Shown: positions 39,811 through 50,820, counted from the stretch's first letter. The stretch: 64,000 nucleotides of DNA from Spirochaetia bacterium (GCA_965208575.1 CBDBOV010000005.1:320001-384000); one strand, 5' to 3'. Notes: generated by a model from the sequence alone, not told the origin. Numbers and translations: made by a program.

Positions 39811-40767
39811 ATGAGAGCCTACATCATCCGACGGCTGCTGCTGGTCATCCCCACGCTACTCATATTGAGCATCCTGGTCTTTCTCTCGGTCCGCTTCATC
39901 CCCGGCGATGTAATAGATGCGATGTTTGGTGACCTGCAATACATGAGTGTGGGTATCGACCGTGCAGCGTTCGAGCGCCGGCTGGGACTGGACGTGCCGG
40001 TCTACGTGCAGTACGGACGCTGGATAGGGGGTGTTTTCCTGCACGGCACGCTTGGCGAATCGATGATGTACGGTTGGCCGGTAGAGGAGAAGTTGCTCGG
40101 CAGATTGCCGTTGACCATGCAGCTTGGCGTCATGGCAATCGTAGTGGGGCTGTTGATCGCCCTCCCCGTCGGCATCTACTCGGCGATTCGCCAGGATACC
40201 GCCGCCGACTACCTGGGGCGCTCCATCGCCATCGTTGGCCTGGCTACGCCGAACTTCTGGCTGGGACTCATGGTCATGCTGTTCCCGGCACTCTGGTGGG
40301 GCTGGTCGCCACCGGTACAGTGGGTTCCGTTCGCCGAAGACCCGCTGGGGAACCTGGGGGTGCTCCTCATTCCCAGCCTGATTCTGGGAACGGCATCGGC
40401 TGCAGCCACCATGCGGATGACGCGCACCATGATGCTGGAGGTGCTGCGGCAGGACTACATACGGACGGCCTGGTCCAAGGGTCTGAGGGAGCGGGTCGTC
40501 GTCATGCGGCACGCCATCAAGAATGCCCTCATCCCGGTTGTCACGCTGATCGGTCTGCAGTTGCCGATCCTGGTGGGGGGCGCGGTTATCATGGAGAACA
40601 TATTCAACCTGCCGGGGCTCGGTCGTCTCATGGTGCTTGCACTCGAGCAGAGAGACTACCCGGTGGTGTCCGGAGTAAACCTGTTATTCGGCACCGCGGT
40701 GGTGCTGTTCAATCTCCTGATCGACCTGTTCTACCCTTTCCTGGATCCAAGAGTCCGCTATCAATGA
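39811..40767 (+). CDS. DppB/OppB-like permease
   Basis: MRAYIIRRLL...QDYIRTAWSKGL. Confidence 0.95.
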   Translation: MRAYIIRRLLLVIPTLLILSILVFLSVRFIPGDVIDAMFGDLQYMSVGIDRAAFERRLGLDVPVYVQYGRWIGGVFLHGTLGESMMYGWPVEEKLLGRLPLTMQLGVMAIVVGLLIALPVGIYSAIRQDTAADYLGRSIAIVGLATPNFWLGLMVMLFPALWWGWSPPVQWVPFAEDPLGNLGVLLIPSLILGTASAAATMRMTRTMMLEVLRQDYIRTAWSKGLRERVVVMRHAIKNALIPVVTLIGLQLPILVGGAVIMENIFNLPGLGRLMVLALEQRDYPVVSGVNLLFGTAVVLFNLLIDLFYPFLDPRVRYQ

Positions 40768-40783
40768 GAGACAAGGAGCGATC

Positions 40784-41716
40784 ATGAGTAACGCTTCCGG
40801 TACGCGGACAACGGCACGCGCGCCGAGGAGACATACCGGTCTGGGCGATTTCTTCATCAGGCTGTGGACAGAGAAGCCGCTCGGCAGTGCGTGCGGGATT
40901 ATCGTATTGCTGTTGATTGTGGTGGCCGTCTTCGCCGATGTTCTGGCCCCCTATGGCTATACGGAAATACACCTGGCGGACAGGCTGCAGGGCGCATCGG
41001 CACGGTATCTGCTGGGTACCGACCAGTTGGGGCGAGACTACCTGAGCCGCCTCATCTACGGGGCTCGTCTTTCGATGCTCGTCGGGCTGTCCGCGACCAC
41101 GCTCAATGTCGTCGTCGCGGTCCTCGTCGGCGGCATTTCCGGATTCCTCGGTGGTAAGCTGGACCTGGGTGTGCAGAGATTCGTCGATGCCTGGATGGCT
41201 TTTCCGGGCCTGCTCCTGCTGCTGACCATCATGTCCATATTGGGGCAGGGTGTGCCCCAGATGATCCTGGTCCTGGGAATATCAGGAGGCATCGGTGGCT
41301 CGAGAGTAGTCAGAGGCGCCGTCATCACCGTAAAGGAGAATGACTATTTTCAGGCGGCGGCGTCGATTGGCTCGGCAAAATGGAGAGCATTTGCGCGCCA
41401 CGTTCTGCCCAATATCGGGGCGCCGCTGATCATCATCTTCAGCATCAACATCGGCGGGGCGATCATGAGTGAGGCTTCGCTGAGCTTCCTCGGATTCGGT
41501 CTGCCTCCCGAGTTTCCCAGTTGGGGTACTCTGCTCAGTTGGGAAGGCCGGCGCTACATGGAGCAGGCGCCATGGCTCGCCCTGTGGCCGGGTCTCTGCC
41601 TGACCCTCGTGGTGTACAGTCTGAACATGTTCGGCGATGCCATGCGCGACCTGCTCGACCCGCGGCTCAGGGGCGGCGGCGGGCGGCTGGGCGCCAACGC
41701 CGCCACGCCGGTTTAG
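40784..41716 (+). CDS. DppC/OppC-like permease
   Basis: LGTDQLGRD...GDAMRDLLDPR. Confidence 0.95.
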   Translation: MSNASGTRTTARAPRRHTGLGDFFIRLWTEKPLGSACGIIVLLLIVVAVFADVLAPYGYTEIHLADRLQGASARYLLGTDQLGRDYLSRLIYGARLSMLVGLSATTLNVVVAVLVGGISGFLGGKLDLGVQRFVDAWMAFPGLLLLLTIMSILGQGVPQMILVLGISGGIGGSRVVRGAVITVKENDYFQAAASIGSAKWRAFARHVLPNIGAPLIIIFSINIGGAIMSEASLSFLGFGLPPEFPSWGTLLSWEGRRYMEQAPWLALWPGLCLTLVVYSLNMFGDAMRDLLDPRLRGGGGRLGANAATPV

Positions 41717-41887
41717 ACCCGCCGGACCGCGGGCAGAAGACCAACCTGTTCGTCGACGGCCGAAGTGCAGGAACTTCTCGGCTTGGTGCGCGCCCAAGTC
41801 GCAGATGATCCCGCCTTACCGCTTCCTTGCGAAGGGCCCACCTACAGGTTTCCGTCTGCGCGCCGGCGTCGCGATCAATCAAGTGGG

Positions 41888-42568
41888 TCAGGCGGTTCGT
41901 CTCTCAAGCCGCGAGACCCAGCAATCGAAGTGGGGACACTCGGCGCGCATGGTCTCCAAGCCAATCGCGCGTGCGGCGAGAGCACCCAACCGCGGCTTCT
42001 CATAGCCAGGGACGAGCGCCTCGATTCGCTTGGACGGGGCGGTAACGGGTGAATCGTCGATCGCTTCAGGGGTTGGAAAAGCAGCCCGGATCTCCTGAAA
42101 GGAGCTCGCCAATTCGGGCCGATCAATCCCTATGGCGAACCGCTCGCAATCGCTGAACAGCAGGGCCTCGAACTCGTGCATCATCACGAACGGAATGAAC
42201 CGACGTTCGTCAAACCTGGATCCCATGGCAAGATGGATGTCAGCGGCGAGCGCGTCTTCGACAGCCTTCGCTCTCTGTGGATACGGGAGATTGGCTGCCG
42301 TAGCGCGCCCCGGCCACGCCTTGGAACCGCTTTGTGGCATACCATAGTAGTCCGCCATGGTGGTGGCGATGATCGTCTTGTCTTCCTTCAAGTGCCGCAC
42401 GATTTCACGACAGACCGCCGGCCAGGCCGTGCCTCTGCCGCGTCTCCGAGCCTTTCCGTACAGGCGGGCCCACACTTGCGAGAAGCCTTGTCCGTAGAGG
42501 TGAGAGGCGAGCAGTTCGTTGACAAATAGCTCTTCTGTTTGACCTTCCACATGAACACCCAGGCGCAT
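41888..42568 (-). CDS. DUF4276 family protein (TOPRIM-like)
   Basis: MRLGVHVEGQTEE, ADYYG, HEFEALLFSD, APSKRI, CPHF. Confidence 0.88.
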   Translation of the reverse strand: MRLGVHVEGQTEELFVNELLASHLYGQGFSQVWARLYGKARRRGRGTAWPAVCREIVRHLKEDKTIIATTMADYYGMPQSGSKAWPGRATAANLPYPQRAKAVEDALAADIHLAMGSRFDERRFIPFVMMHEFEALLFSDCERFAIGIDRPELASSFQEIRAAFPTPEAIDDSPVTAPSKRIEALVPGYEKPRLGALAARAIGLETMRAECPHFDCWVSRLERRTA

Positions 42569-43668
42569 CACTCCGAAAATCTCCGATCCGTGCGCTCCGG
42601 GACAGGCCGCCCGCCGAATTCGTTCTTTTCCCAAAGTTCCCCCAGGCTGTAGTCTTCAAGCCACGATCGGAGCTTGTCATCATCCAGCCGGTTGAGCTTC
42701 GTCGCTCCGTTCACGCGGTCAGCCACTATCACATCTTCCGGATCGAAATGATCCAGCAGCACCGGCGACTGCGTTGCGACGATGATCTGAGACTCCACAG
42801 CCGCGTGCTTGAGCATGGAGGCCAGCAGGGTGATAGCGAAGGGATGCAGACCAAGCTCCGGCTCGTCAAGGAGCACGACCGGCGGGCGGAGCGACGCCGG
42901 CTGGAGCAGAAGCGTGGCAAGGGTAATGAATCGGAGCGAACCATCGGACAGGGACGACGCGTCGAAGTAAGCGTCCGACCCGACGTGCCGCCACTCAAGC
43001 CGGATCTTGTCTTCGTTCAGCTCCAACGGCTCCATGGAGAAGTCTTCGAAGAAAGGGGCGGTCAGTCGGATCGTGTTGCGAATCTGCGTGTAAGCTCCCT
43101 CGTGTTTCTTGCGCAGCAAGTATAGGAATGCCGCAAGGTTGGACCCATCGGGTCGCAACCGGCGGTTGTCGTGTAAGTCGGCTGTTTTTTTTATTGGGGA
43201 GGAGGGGCTGGTGTCGTGAAAGTGGTAGAGATGCCAGTGCTCGATCCGGTAACGAAGAAACTCAAGAAGAGGAGCGACTCCAGGCCGTGGCACAAGATGC
43301 TCCATGAAGTCCGCAGGCAACTCGGTCTCGGCAACCCAAATCCTAGGAAACAATCGATCATCAGACCCATGGCGCATGTCGACACAGAAGTCAGTCAGTT
43401 CGTCCGTGAATTTCACTCTGAACCTCATCGTGGGCGTCGTCTTGGATCCAAAGTGGAGTAGACGGTCGGCACCGCCCGCGCGTAGAACGTGATCCGACAT
43501 CTGATTCATGCTCAAGACAGCAGTGCGCAGGAGCCCGAGCGCGCCGAGGAAGTTCGACTTGCCTGATCCGTTGGCGCCGATCAGGACGTTAAGAGAGCGC
43601 AGTTGTAGCCCCGGCAACTCGGCAATGCTCCTGAAGCCTTCAATCGTGATCGTGCGGATCAAGGACAT
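42568..43668 (-). CDS. AAA_21/AbiEii-like ABC ATPase
   Basis: GFRSI, GANGSGKS, LSDG, LDEPELGLHP, ATQSP; C-terminal YSLGELWEKN. Confidence 0.92.
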   Translation of the reverse strand: MSLIRTITIEGFRSIAELPGLQLRSLNVLIGANGSGKSNFLGALGLLRTAVLSMNQMSDHVLRAGGADRLLHFGSKTTPTMRFRVKFTDELTDFCVDMRHGSDDRLFPRIWVAETELPADFMEHLVPRPGVAPLLEFLRYRIEHWHLYHFHDTSPSSPIKKTADLHDNRRLRPDGSNLAAFLYLLRKKHEGAYTQIRNTIRLTAPFFEDFSMEPLELNEDKIRLEWRHVGSDAYFDASSLSDGSLRFITLATLLLQPASLRPPVVLLDEPELGLHPFAITLLASMLKHAAVESQIIVATQSPVLLDHFDPEDVIVADRVNGATKLNRLDDDKLRSWLEDYSLGELWEKNEFGGRPVPERTDRRFSE

Positions 43669-43711
43669 GTTCACCAATACCTCAATTGGCTCGGGCAGGA
43701 CGTAGTCTTCA

Positions 43712-44929
43712 CTACCGGAACGCGGCGTAGTCGCGGCCGAGGACGCCGGCGGCGATCTTGAGCTTCAGGACTTCGTCGGTGCCCTCGTAGATGCGGCACA
43801 CGCGCACGTCCTTGAGGTGGCGGCCGGGCCGGTACAGGTCGGACCAGCCGCGCCCGCCGTGCACCTGCAGCGCCCGGTCGGCCGCGTCGAAGGCGGCGTT
43901 GCTGGCCGCGAACTTGGCCCCCGCGATGAGCTGGTCCACGCGGGCGCCGAGGGCGGCGTCGCCGGGGCGGTCGTCGCTGGCCGCCTTCCAGCGCGCGGCG
44001 TCGGCGACAATGCTGGTGCTGGTCTGCCGGGCTACCTCGATCTGCGCGATGTGCTCCTGCACGAGCTGGTGGCGGGCGATCGCCTTGCCGTGCTGGCTGC
44101 GCTCCTTGGCGTACTCCACGGCGGCGTCGAGGCAGTCCTCGATCACGCCCACGCAGCCCGCCGCCACGCTGAGGCGGCCGCTGCGCAGCGTCTGCATCGC
44201 CACCGCGAAGCCGTCGCCCTCCGCGCCGAGCATGTTCTCGACCGGCACCCGGTACTCGGTAACTTCGAACATGCCGGTGTCGCTGGTGGGCATGCCGAGC
44301 TTGGCGGTCAGCGCCTCGCGCTCGATGCCGTCGCCGTCGGTGTCCATGATGAACGCGCTGATGCGCCGCTTGCCGCCGCCGGGATCCTCAGGGTAGGCGA
44401 ACATGATGATGGCGCCGGCGATGGTGGCGTTGGAGATCAGGTACTTGACGCCGTTGAGCACGTAGAAATCGCCCTCGCGCCGGTAGGTGCTTTGCATCTC
44501 CAGCGGATTGGAACCCGCCTCCGGCTCGGTGAGGCCGAACGCCAGGATGCGCTCGCCGGTCGCCGTGCCCGGCAGGTAGCGCCGCTTCTGCTCCTCGGTG
44601 CCCCACTCCACGATCGGGGTCTGGCCGATCGAGCAATGCCCCGAGAACAGGGTGCGCACGCTGGTGCCCTCGCGTCCGATGCGCGCGATCGCCGCCGCGT
44701 AGGTGGCGGTATCGGCGCCGCGACCGCCGTACTGCTTCGGCACCGTCATGGCGAGGATGTCGTGCTTGTGCGCCAGCGACACCACCGCCTCGTTGTAGCG
44801 GTGCTCCAGGTAGCACAGGTCCTCGATCGGCCGCACTTCCCGGCAGTAGGCGTCGACGTCGGCCAGCAGCGCCTCCCGTTCCGCCTCCGGCATCGCGGTG
44901 TAGGTTGGGGTGTCCAGAATCGAATTCAT
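43712..44929 (-). CDS. Acyl-CoA dehydrogenase
   Basis: FGLTEPEAGS, LNGVKYLISN, QVHGGRG, IYEGT. Confidence 0.95.
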   Translation of the reverse strand: MNSILDTPTYTAMPEAEREALLADVDAYCREVRPIEDLCYLEHRYNEAVVSLAHKHDILAMTVPKQYGGRGADTATYAAAIARIGREGTSVRTLFSGHCSIGQTPIVEWGTEEQKRRYLPGTATGERILAFGLTEPEAGSNPLEMQSTYRREGDFYVLNGVKYLISNATIAGAIIMFAYPEDPGGGKRRISAFIMDTDGDGIEREALTAKLGMPTSDTGMFEVTEYRVPVENMLGAEGDGFAVAMQTLRSGRLSVAAGCVGVIEDCLDAAVEYAKERSQHGKAIARHQLVQEHIAQIEVARQTSTSIVADAARWKAASDDRPGDAALGARVDQLIAGAKFAASNAAFDAADRALQVHGGRGWSDLYRPGRHLKDVRVCRIYEGTDEVLKLKIAAGVLGRDYAAFR

Positions 44930-46155
44930 GCCGTTGCAATTGCCCCCTCTCGTTCCAGCTCGGCCAGGTGCGGCGCCGCCAGGCCTAGCAGTTCCGCCAG
45001 CACCTCGTGCGTGTGCTGCCCAAGCAGCGGCGCACCGCACGGGTCGCCGCGCAGCCCCGGCATCTCCACCACCGGCCCGACGGAAAGATAGCGCCTGTCG
45101 TCCGCCGCCGCCAGTTTCAGCAGGTTGACCCCGGGCGGCGCGGCCGGCGGCGCGCCGAATACCCCCGGCAGGTCGGCCACCGCACCGGCCGGTACCCCGG
45201 CCGCCGTCAGCTCGGCAACCAGCTCCGCCACGGCGCGCCGCGCGATCAGCGGGGTCAGGACGGCGTTCAGGGCGGCCCGGTTCGCCACCCGCGCCGAGTT
45301 GTCGCCGAAGCGCGCATCGCGCAGGAGTTCGGGGCAGCCGAGCACCGTGCACAGCCCGGTGAACAGCTTGTCGTTGCCGGCGCCGATGGTCAGGTAGCCG
45401 TCGCCGGCCGCGTACACCTCGTACGGCACGATCTGCGGATGGGCGTTGCCGAACCGGCGCGGCGGGCGCGCGTTGAGCAGGAACGCCTGCGCCACGTTGA
45501 CCAGCGCGGCCACCGTGGAGCCCATCAGGTTGACCTCCAGGTGCTGTCCCCGGCCGGTGCGCTGCCGGCTGACCACCGCGGCCAGGATGGCGCTGGCGGC
45601 GTGCAGGCCGGCGATCACGTCGGTAAGCGCCACGCCCACCTTCATGGGCGACCCCTCCGGCTCGCCGGTCAGCGACATCAGCCCGCTCAGCCCCTGGATC
45701 ACCAGGTCGTAACCCGGCCCCGGCTTGCGCCCGAACGCCGTGATCGAACAGTGCACGAGGTCGGGCCGGGCCGCGCACAGGGCCGCGTGATCCAGCCCCA
45801 GCCGCTGCGCCACGCCGGGCGCGAAGTTCTCGACCACCACGTCGCTCTTGCCCGCCAAGTCCAGGAACAGGCGCCGGCCGCGCTCGCTGCGCAGGTCGAT
45901 CGCCACGCTGCGCTTGCTGCGGTTCACCGCCAGGAAGTAGGCGCTGAGCCCGTCCGCCGGGTCGCCCAGGTAGGGCGGCCCCCAGGCGCGCGTGTCGTCG
46001 CCGCCGGCCGGGCGCTCCACCTTGACCACGTCGGCGCCCATGTCCGCCAGCACCATGGTGCAGTAGGGGCCGGCCAGCACGCGCGAGGCATCAAGCACCC
46101 GGACCCCCGCCAGCGCCGCACCGCCGCCGCAGCCGTCGTCCTGCTGTCCCGTCAT
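44926..46155 (-). CDS. CaiB/BaiF family III CoA-transferase
   Basis: SRVLAGP, GDDTR, NRSKRS, ENFAPG, APLLGQHT. Confidence 0.95.
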   Translation of the reverse strand: MTGQQDDGCGGGAALAGVRVLDASRVLAGPYCTMVLADMGADVVKVERPAGGDDTRAWGPPYLGDPADGLSAYFLAVNRSKRSVAIDLRSERGRRLFLDLAGKSDVVVENFAPGVAQRLGLDHAALCAARPDLVHCSITAFGRKPGPGYDLVIQGLSGLMSLTGEPEGSPMKVGVALTDVIAGLHAASAILAAVVSRQRTGRGQHLEVNLMGSTVAALVNVAQAFLLNARPPRRFGNAHPQIVPYEVYAAGDGYLTIGAGNDKLFTGLCTVLGCPELLRDARFGDNSARVANRAALNAVLTPLIARRAVAELVAELTAAGVPAGAVADLPGVFGAPPAAPPGVNLLKLAAADDRRYLSVGPVVEMPGLRGDPCGAPLLGQHTHEVLAELLGLAAPHLAELEREGAIATA

Positions 46156-46492
46156 GGCGGTACTATGCCCGACTCAGCGCCGCTCGCCGGCTGCGTCCCG
46201 CGGCGCAAGAAAGTTGAGCCGCGGCCCCACGGTGGTTCTGGAGTGACAGCAGCCCGTGACGAACCCCGGGCTGCATCGAATTGGGCGATGCAGCCCGGCG
46301 GCTGCGTTGCTGCTCGCCCAAATGTGCCGGCCAAGCTCGTCCGTCGTGCCCTGCCAGCCGGGCGCCTCGCCGCCCTCGGTGCGTCGCCGTGCGCCGCCAC
46401 GGGCTGCCGGCGTGCGCCGGAGTGGCCGCTTACGGCTTCGCTTGCGGCCCAACCGGCATACGTCTTTGAGCCCCCGGCAATCCCGCGGGCCG

Positions 46493-48271
46493 TCAGGAAG
46501 ACCGGTGCGGTCGGCGCACCAGGCGGCCCGGAAGCGCGCCGGTCAGCTCGTCGTTCTCCAGCACCACCTCGCCGTTGCAGACGGTGAGGTCGTAGCCCAC
46601 GGTGCGCTGCATGAACCGCTTGGCCTTCTCCGGCAGGTCGTAGACGATGTGCGGCGGCGGCCATGACAGGCGCTCGAAGTCGATCACGTTGACGTCGGCG
46701 CGCATGCCGGGCTGCAGCAGGCCGCGGTCGAGCAGCCCATACACCTCCGCCGGGCCGCGCGTCTGCTTGTTTACGATCGTCTCCAGCGGCACCTTGCCGC
46801 CGCGGGTGCGGTCGCGGCCCCAGAACGCCAAGTTCCAGCTCGGCATGTGGGCGTCGCAGATGGCGCCGACGTGGGCGCCGGCATCGCTGAGCCCGTTGCG
46901 GGTAATCGGATGGCGCATCATGTCGGCCATGTACTCCAGGTTGCCCTGTGAGTAGCCCTCCAGGTAGTGGATCAGCATGGTCTGGCCGCGGTCGGCGGTG
47001 AGCAGGTCGTAGAACGCCTGGGCGTCCGAGATGCCGTGCTTCCTGGCGTAGGCGGCGACGCTCGCCGACTCGTCCGGCTCGTAGTTGGGCGGATCGCCGA
47101 GCACGTACACCTTCTCGGCGCTGCCGGTGATCCGCTCCAGCAGCCAGGGCAGCCGGCTGCCCGGCGTGGTGTCGTCCACGAACGTGTTGTCGTCGGGGCC
47201 CACCTTGCCATATTTGTTGCCGGGCTTCAGGCGCACGTCGTTGGTCAGATCCCAGTCGCTGGCCAGGATCTTCGCGCGCACCTCGGGGTCGCGCATCTTG
47301 CGAATCCGCTCCGCCATCGGCAACGAGCCCACCAGGTCACGGTAGGCGTAGTTGATCATGTACGGATGCAGCGACGCCTCCAGGTTCATGATGATCATGG
47401 TGCCGCGCCCGCGCACCTGCGGATACACCCGCCAGCCGTTGGCGTACGCCTTCTCCTCCAGCGGATCCAGCGTCTCCCGTCCACCTTCGCCCATCAGGTA
47501 GGTCACGCTGATGCCGTCCATCTGCGCCAGCGAGTACAGCCACTCGCGCTCGAACGGCCCGACAAACTGCAGCACGCCGCCGCCGGCCTCCTCCGCGCCC
47601 TTGGCGATCGCCTCAATCTCCGGGTAGCGGGCCAGGGTGCCGGGAATCAGCTCGCCCGCCTTGGTGCGGTGCGCCAGCAGCCGGTTGCTCGATACGCCGA
47701 ACGCGCCCGCTTCGATGCCCTGGCGCACGATGCGGGTCATCTCGGCCAGCTCGGCGTCGGTCGGCTGGATGTCCTCGGCGCCGCGCTCGCCCATCACGTA
47801 GCAGCGCAGCGCGCAGTGTGGGAGCTGGGTCAGGACGTCCATCACGCGCGGCTTGTGGTCGATGGCGTCCAGGTATTGCGGGAACGTCTCCCAGGCCCAT
47901 TCCATGCCGGCCGACATGGCGATCGCCGGAATGTCCTCGACCGCGTCCATCAGGTCCATCAACCAGTCGCGGTCCTTGACGTGCACCGGTGCGAAACCGA
48001 CCCCGCAGTTGCCCATCACGATGGTGGTCACGCCGTTCCAGCACGACGGGGTGAGGTAGGGGTCCCACGACACCTGCGCGTCGAAGTGGGTGTGCATGTC
48101 GATCCAGCCCGGCGTCACCAGCTTGCCGGCGGCGTCGATCTCGCGCCGCGCCGGTCCCACGTCCGTGCCGACGGCCGCGATGTTGCCGCCGTCGATACCG
48201 ACGTCGCCCTGAAACTCCGGTCCGCCGCTGCCGTCGATGACGCGGCCATTGCGAATCGCTATGTCGTGCAT
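46493..48271 (-). CDS. N-acyl-D-amino-acid deacylase family amidohydrolase
   Basis: PGWIDMHTHFD, GNCG, SDAGAH. Confidence 0.93.
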   Translation of the reverse strand: MHDIAIRNGRVIDGSGGPEFQGDVGIDGGNIAAVGTDVGPARREIDAAGKLVTPGWIDMHTHFDAQVSWDPYLTPSCWNGVTTIVMGNCGVGFAPVHVKDRDWLMDLMDAVEDIPAIAMSAGMEWAWETFPQYLDAIDHKPRVMDVLTQLPHCALRCYVMGERGAEDIQPTDAELAEMTRIVRQGIEAGAFGVSSNRLLAHRTKAGELIPGTLARYPEIEAIAKGAEEAGGGVLQFVGPFEREWLYSLAQMDGISVTYLMGEGGRETLDPLEEKAYANGWRVYPQVRGRGTMIIMNLEASLHPYMINYAYRDLVGSLPMAERIRKMRDPEVRAKILASDWDLTNDVRLKPGNKYGKVGPDDNTFVDDTTPGSRLPWLLERITGSAEKVYVLGDPPNYEPDESASVAAYARKHGISDAQAFYDLLTADRGQTMLIHYLEGYSQGNLEYMADMMRHPITRNGLSDAGAHVGAICDAHMPSWNLAFWGRDRTRGGKVPLETIVNKQTRGPAEVYGLLDRGLLQPGMRADVNVIDFERLSWPPPHIVYDLPEKAKRFMQRTVGYDLTVCNGEVVLENDELTGALPGRLVRRPHRSS

Positions 48272-48368
48272 GATTGCTCCCTCGCGCGCGCCGAGTTAAG
48301 TGCCTTGAGGCCAGTGCCGGCGCCGCGCAGCCAAGTTGGGGCGACGTTAGCCAAGTGAGCCGCGCGCG

Positions 48369-49694
48369 TCAAGGATCGTCGGCGAACCGCAGCGCGTCGG
48401 GCAGCGCGTACAAGGGTATGTTGAGCACCCGAGCGTCGTGCTTCAGGTTCAACAGGGTGCTGCGCACCAGCAGCGGCGGGGCGAACTGGGAGTCGAACGA
48501 CCGCAGGCTCTTGCTGCGCGGGTTGACGCCGGACTTCACCTCCAGCGGCACAACCTCGCCGCTTCGCTCCAGCAGGAAGTCGACTTCCGCCTTGCCCCCG
48601 GAACTGCGCCAATAGTGCAAGTCGCCGGCCGCCGCCGCGGCCAGTTGCTGCGCAACGTAGTTCTCGACCAGCGCTCCCCGGTACTCGGCGAACAGGCGGT
48701 CGCCGTGCACCAGCAGCTCGGGCGCGGCCCCGGCGAGCGCGCCGAGCAGGCCGACGTCCAGCGCGTACACCTTGAACGATCTCCGGTCCGCGTAGCCGCG
48801 CAACGGCAGCCGGGCCGTCTCGACGCCGAACGCCCGCAGGATCAGCCCGGCGCCCTCCAGCCACACGACGGCATCTTCGTAATCGCGCGCCCGCGCGCTC
48901 GGACGGATAGCCGAAAACATGAACTTCTTGTTCTCGCGCGCCAGGTGTCCCGGCAGCGAATCCCAGACCGCGATGATGCGCGCCACCTCGCGCGCGGGGG
49001 CATGCTTGGCGAAGTCGAGCACGTAGGCATCGAGGATCGCCTGCTGCACGGTTCGCACCTCCGCAGGGTTCTGGTTGTCCCGGTTGGCGGCGTAGCGGGC
49101 GACCGCCTCGGGCATGCCGCCGACGAAATAGTAGGCGCGCAACAGGTCGACCAGGACGGTGTGGAACGCTTCGGGGAACGGCTCGGGCAGCGCGTGTTCC
49201 TCGATCAGTTTCCGGTAGCGCCCCGCGCCGACCGCATCGAGGAACTCGAGGAAGGTCATCGGATGCAGGTCCACGAAGTCCACCTTGCCCACCGGGAACG
49301 AACGCGGTGTCGAGAGGGCGACACCGAGCAGCGAGCCGGCGGCGGCGACATGGTACTGGGGCGCGTCCTCGGCGAAGTACTTCAGCGAGTTCAGCGCCGC
49401 GTTGCACGCCTGGATTTCGTCGAGGATGAGCAGCGAGCCGCCGGGCACAATCCGTTCTCCCGCGAACACCGAAAGGTCGCGGACGATGCGCATGGGATCG
49501 AGGTCGCGCTCGAACAGGCTGGCGAGAGCGGGCGTCTGCTCGAAGTTGAAGTAGTGACTGGCCGCGTACCGCTCCCGGCCGAAGGCGCGCAGCAGATAGG
49601 TCTTGCCGGTCTGGCGCGCACCGCGCATCAGCAGCGGCTTGCGCCCCGGCGCGTCGCTCCAGGTCAGCAACTCCTCGTACGCATCACGCTTCAT
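48369..49694 (-). CDS. AAA_14 ATPase with DUF4143 domain
   Basis: GARQTGKT, LDEIQ, VGGMP, DVGLL, EVDFL, PLEVKSG. Confidence 0.93.
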   Translation of the reverse strand: MKRDAYEELLTWSDAPGRKPLLMRGARQTGKTYLLRAFGRERYAASHYFNFEQTPALASLFERDLDPMRIVRDLSVFAGERIVPGGSLLILDEIQACNAALNSLKYFAEDAPQYHVAAAGSLLGVALSTPRSFPVGKVDFVDLHPMTFLEFLDAVGAGRYRKLIEEHALPEPFPEAFHTVLVDLLRAYYFVGGMPEAVARYAANRDNQNPAEVRTVQQAILDAYVLDFAKHAPAREVARIIAVWDSLPGHLARENKKFMFSAIRPSARARDYEDAVVWLEGAGLILRAFGVETARLPLRGYADRRSFKVYALDVGLLGALAGAAPELLVHGDRLFAEYRGALVENYVAQQLAAAAAGDLHYWRSSGGKAEVDFLLERSGEVVPLEVKSGVNPRSKSLRSFDSQFAPPLLVRSTLLNLKHDARVLNIPLYALPDALRFADDP

Positions 49695-49866
49695 GGACGC
49701 CCACAATAGAACGAAAACGGCGATTATGTCACATAATACAGACGTATTTCTGGCAATTGAGGCCGTTATACGTCCTAATAACGTGTAAACACATAGTAAC
49801 GCCGACCGTCCGTTCCGGTAAAGCCGCCGGAACAATCAACAGCAATCAAATCGAGAGCTGATGCCG

Positions 49867-50811
49867 CTACTTCCGGGCGGCGCCGTAGCGGCCGAGGCGG
49901 CCGCGCAGCCGCGGGTCCAGCAGATCGCGCACCGCGTCGCCGAACATGTTGAGGCTGTACACGACCACGGTCAGGCACAGTCCCGGCCACAGCGCCAGGT
50001 GCGGCGCCATCTCCATGTACTGCCGCCCCTCGCGGCTCAGCATGCCGCCCCAGCTCGGAATGTCCGGCGGCAGTCCGAAGCCCAGGAAGCTCAGCGCCGC
50101 CTCCGACATGATCACCCCGCCCACGTTGATGCTGAAGATGATGATGATGGGCGCGGCGATGTTGGGCAGCACGTGGCGCAGCAGCGAGCGCCGGCGCGAG
50201 CTGCCGATCGCCTGCGCCGCCTGGAAGTAGACGTTCTCCTTCACCCCCAGCACCGCTCCGCGCACCACCCGCGAGGCCGGGATGCCGCCCGACACCCCCA
50301 GCACGATGATGATCTGCGGCATGCCGCGGCCGGCAATCGACATGATGGTGAGCAGCAACAGCAGCCCCGGGAACGCCATCCAGGCGTCGACGAAGCGCTG
50401 CGTCACCAGGTCCAGCCGCCCGCCGATGAAGCCGGTGGTGCCGCCGATCAGCACCGCCACCACGACGTTGAGGGCCGTGGCGGCCAGCCCCACCGTCAAC
50501 GACAGCCGCGCCCCGTGGATGAGGCGGCTCAGCAGGTCACGCCCCACGTGGTCGGTGCCCAGCAGGTACTGGGCCGAGGGGGCCTGCAGACGGTCGCGCA
50601 GGTGGATCTCCTCGTAGCGATAGGGCGCCAGCCCATCGGCGAAGATGCTGACCAGCACCAGGAGCAGGATGACGATGCCGCCGGCGGTGCCCAACGGCTG
50701 CTCACGGACCAGCCGGCCGAAAAACCGCCGCGCTCCAGCCTGCCCAGCCGCAGCCGCGCCGCCCGCGGCCGGCTCGGCGCCGGCCGGCGTCAGCTGTGAT
50801 ACATCACCCAC
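49867..50811 (-). CDS. DppC/OppC-like permease
   Basis: LGTDHVGRD...GDAVRDLLDPR. Confidence 0.95.
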   Translation of the reverse strand: MGDVSQLTPAGAEPAAGGAAAAGQAGARRFFGRLVREQPLGTAGGIVILLLVLVSIFADGLAPYRYEEIHLRDRLQAPSAQYLLGTDHVGRDLLSRLIHGARLSLTVGLAATALNVVVAVLIGGTTGFIGGRLDLVTQRFVDAWMAFPGLLLLLTIMSIAGRGMPQIIIVLGVSGGIPASRVVRGAVLGVKENVYFQAAQAIGSSRRRSLLRHVLPNIAAPIIIIFSINVGGVIMSEAALSFLGFGLPPDIPSWGGMLSREGRQYMEMAPHLALWPGLCLTVVVYSLNMFGDAVRDLLDPRLRGRLGRYGAARK

Positions 50812-50820
50812 GCGCGTGCC

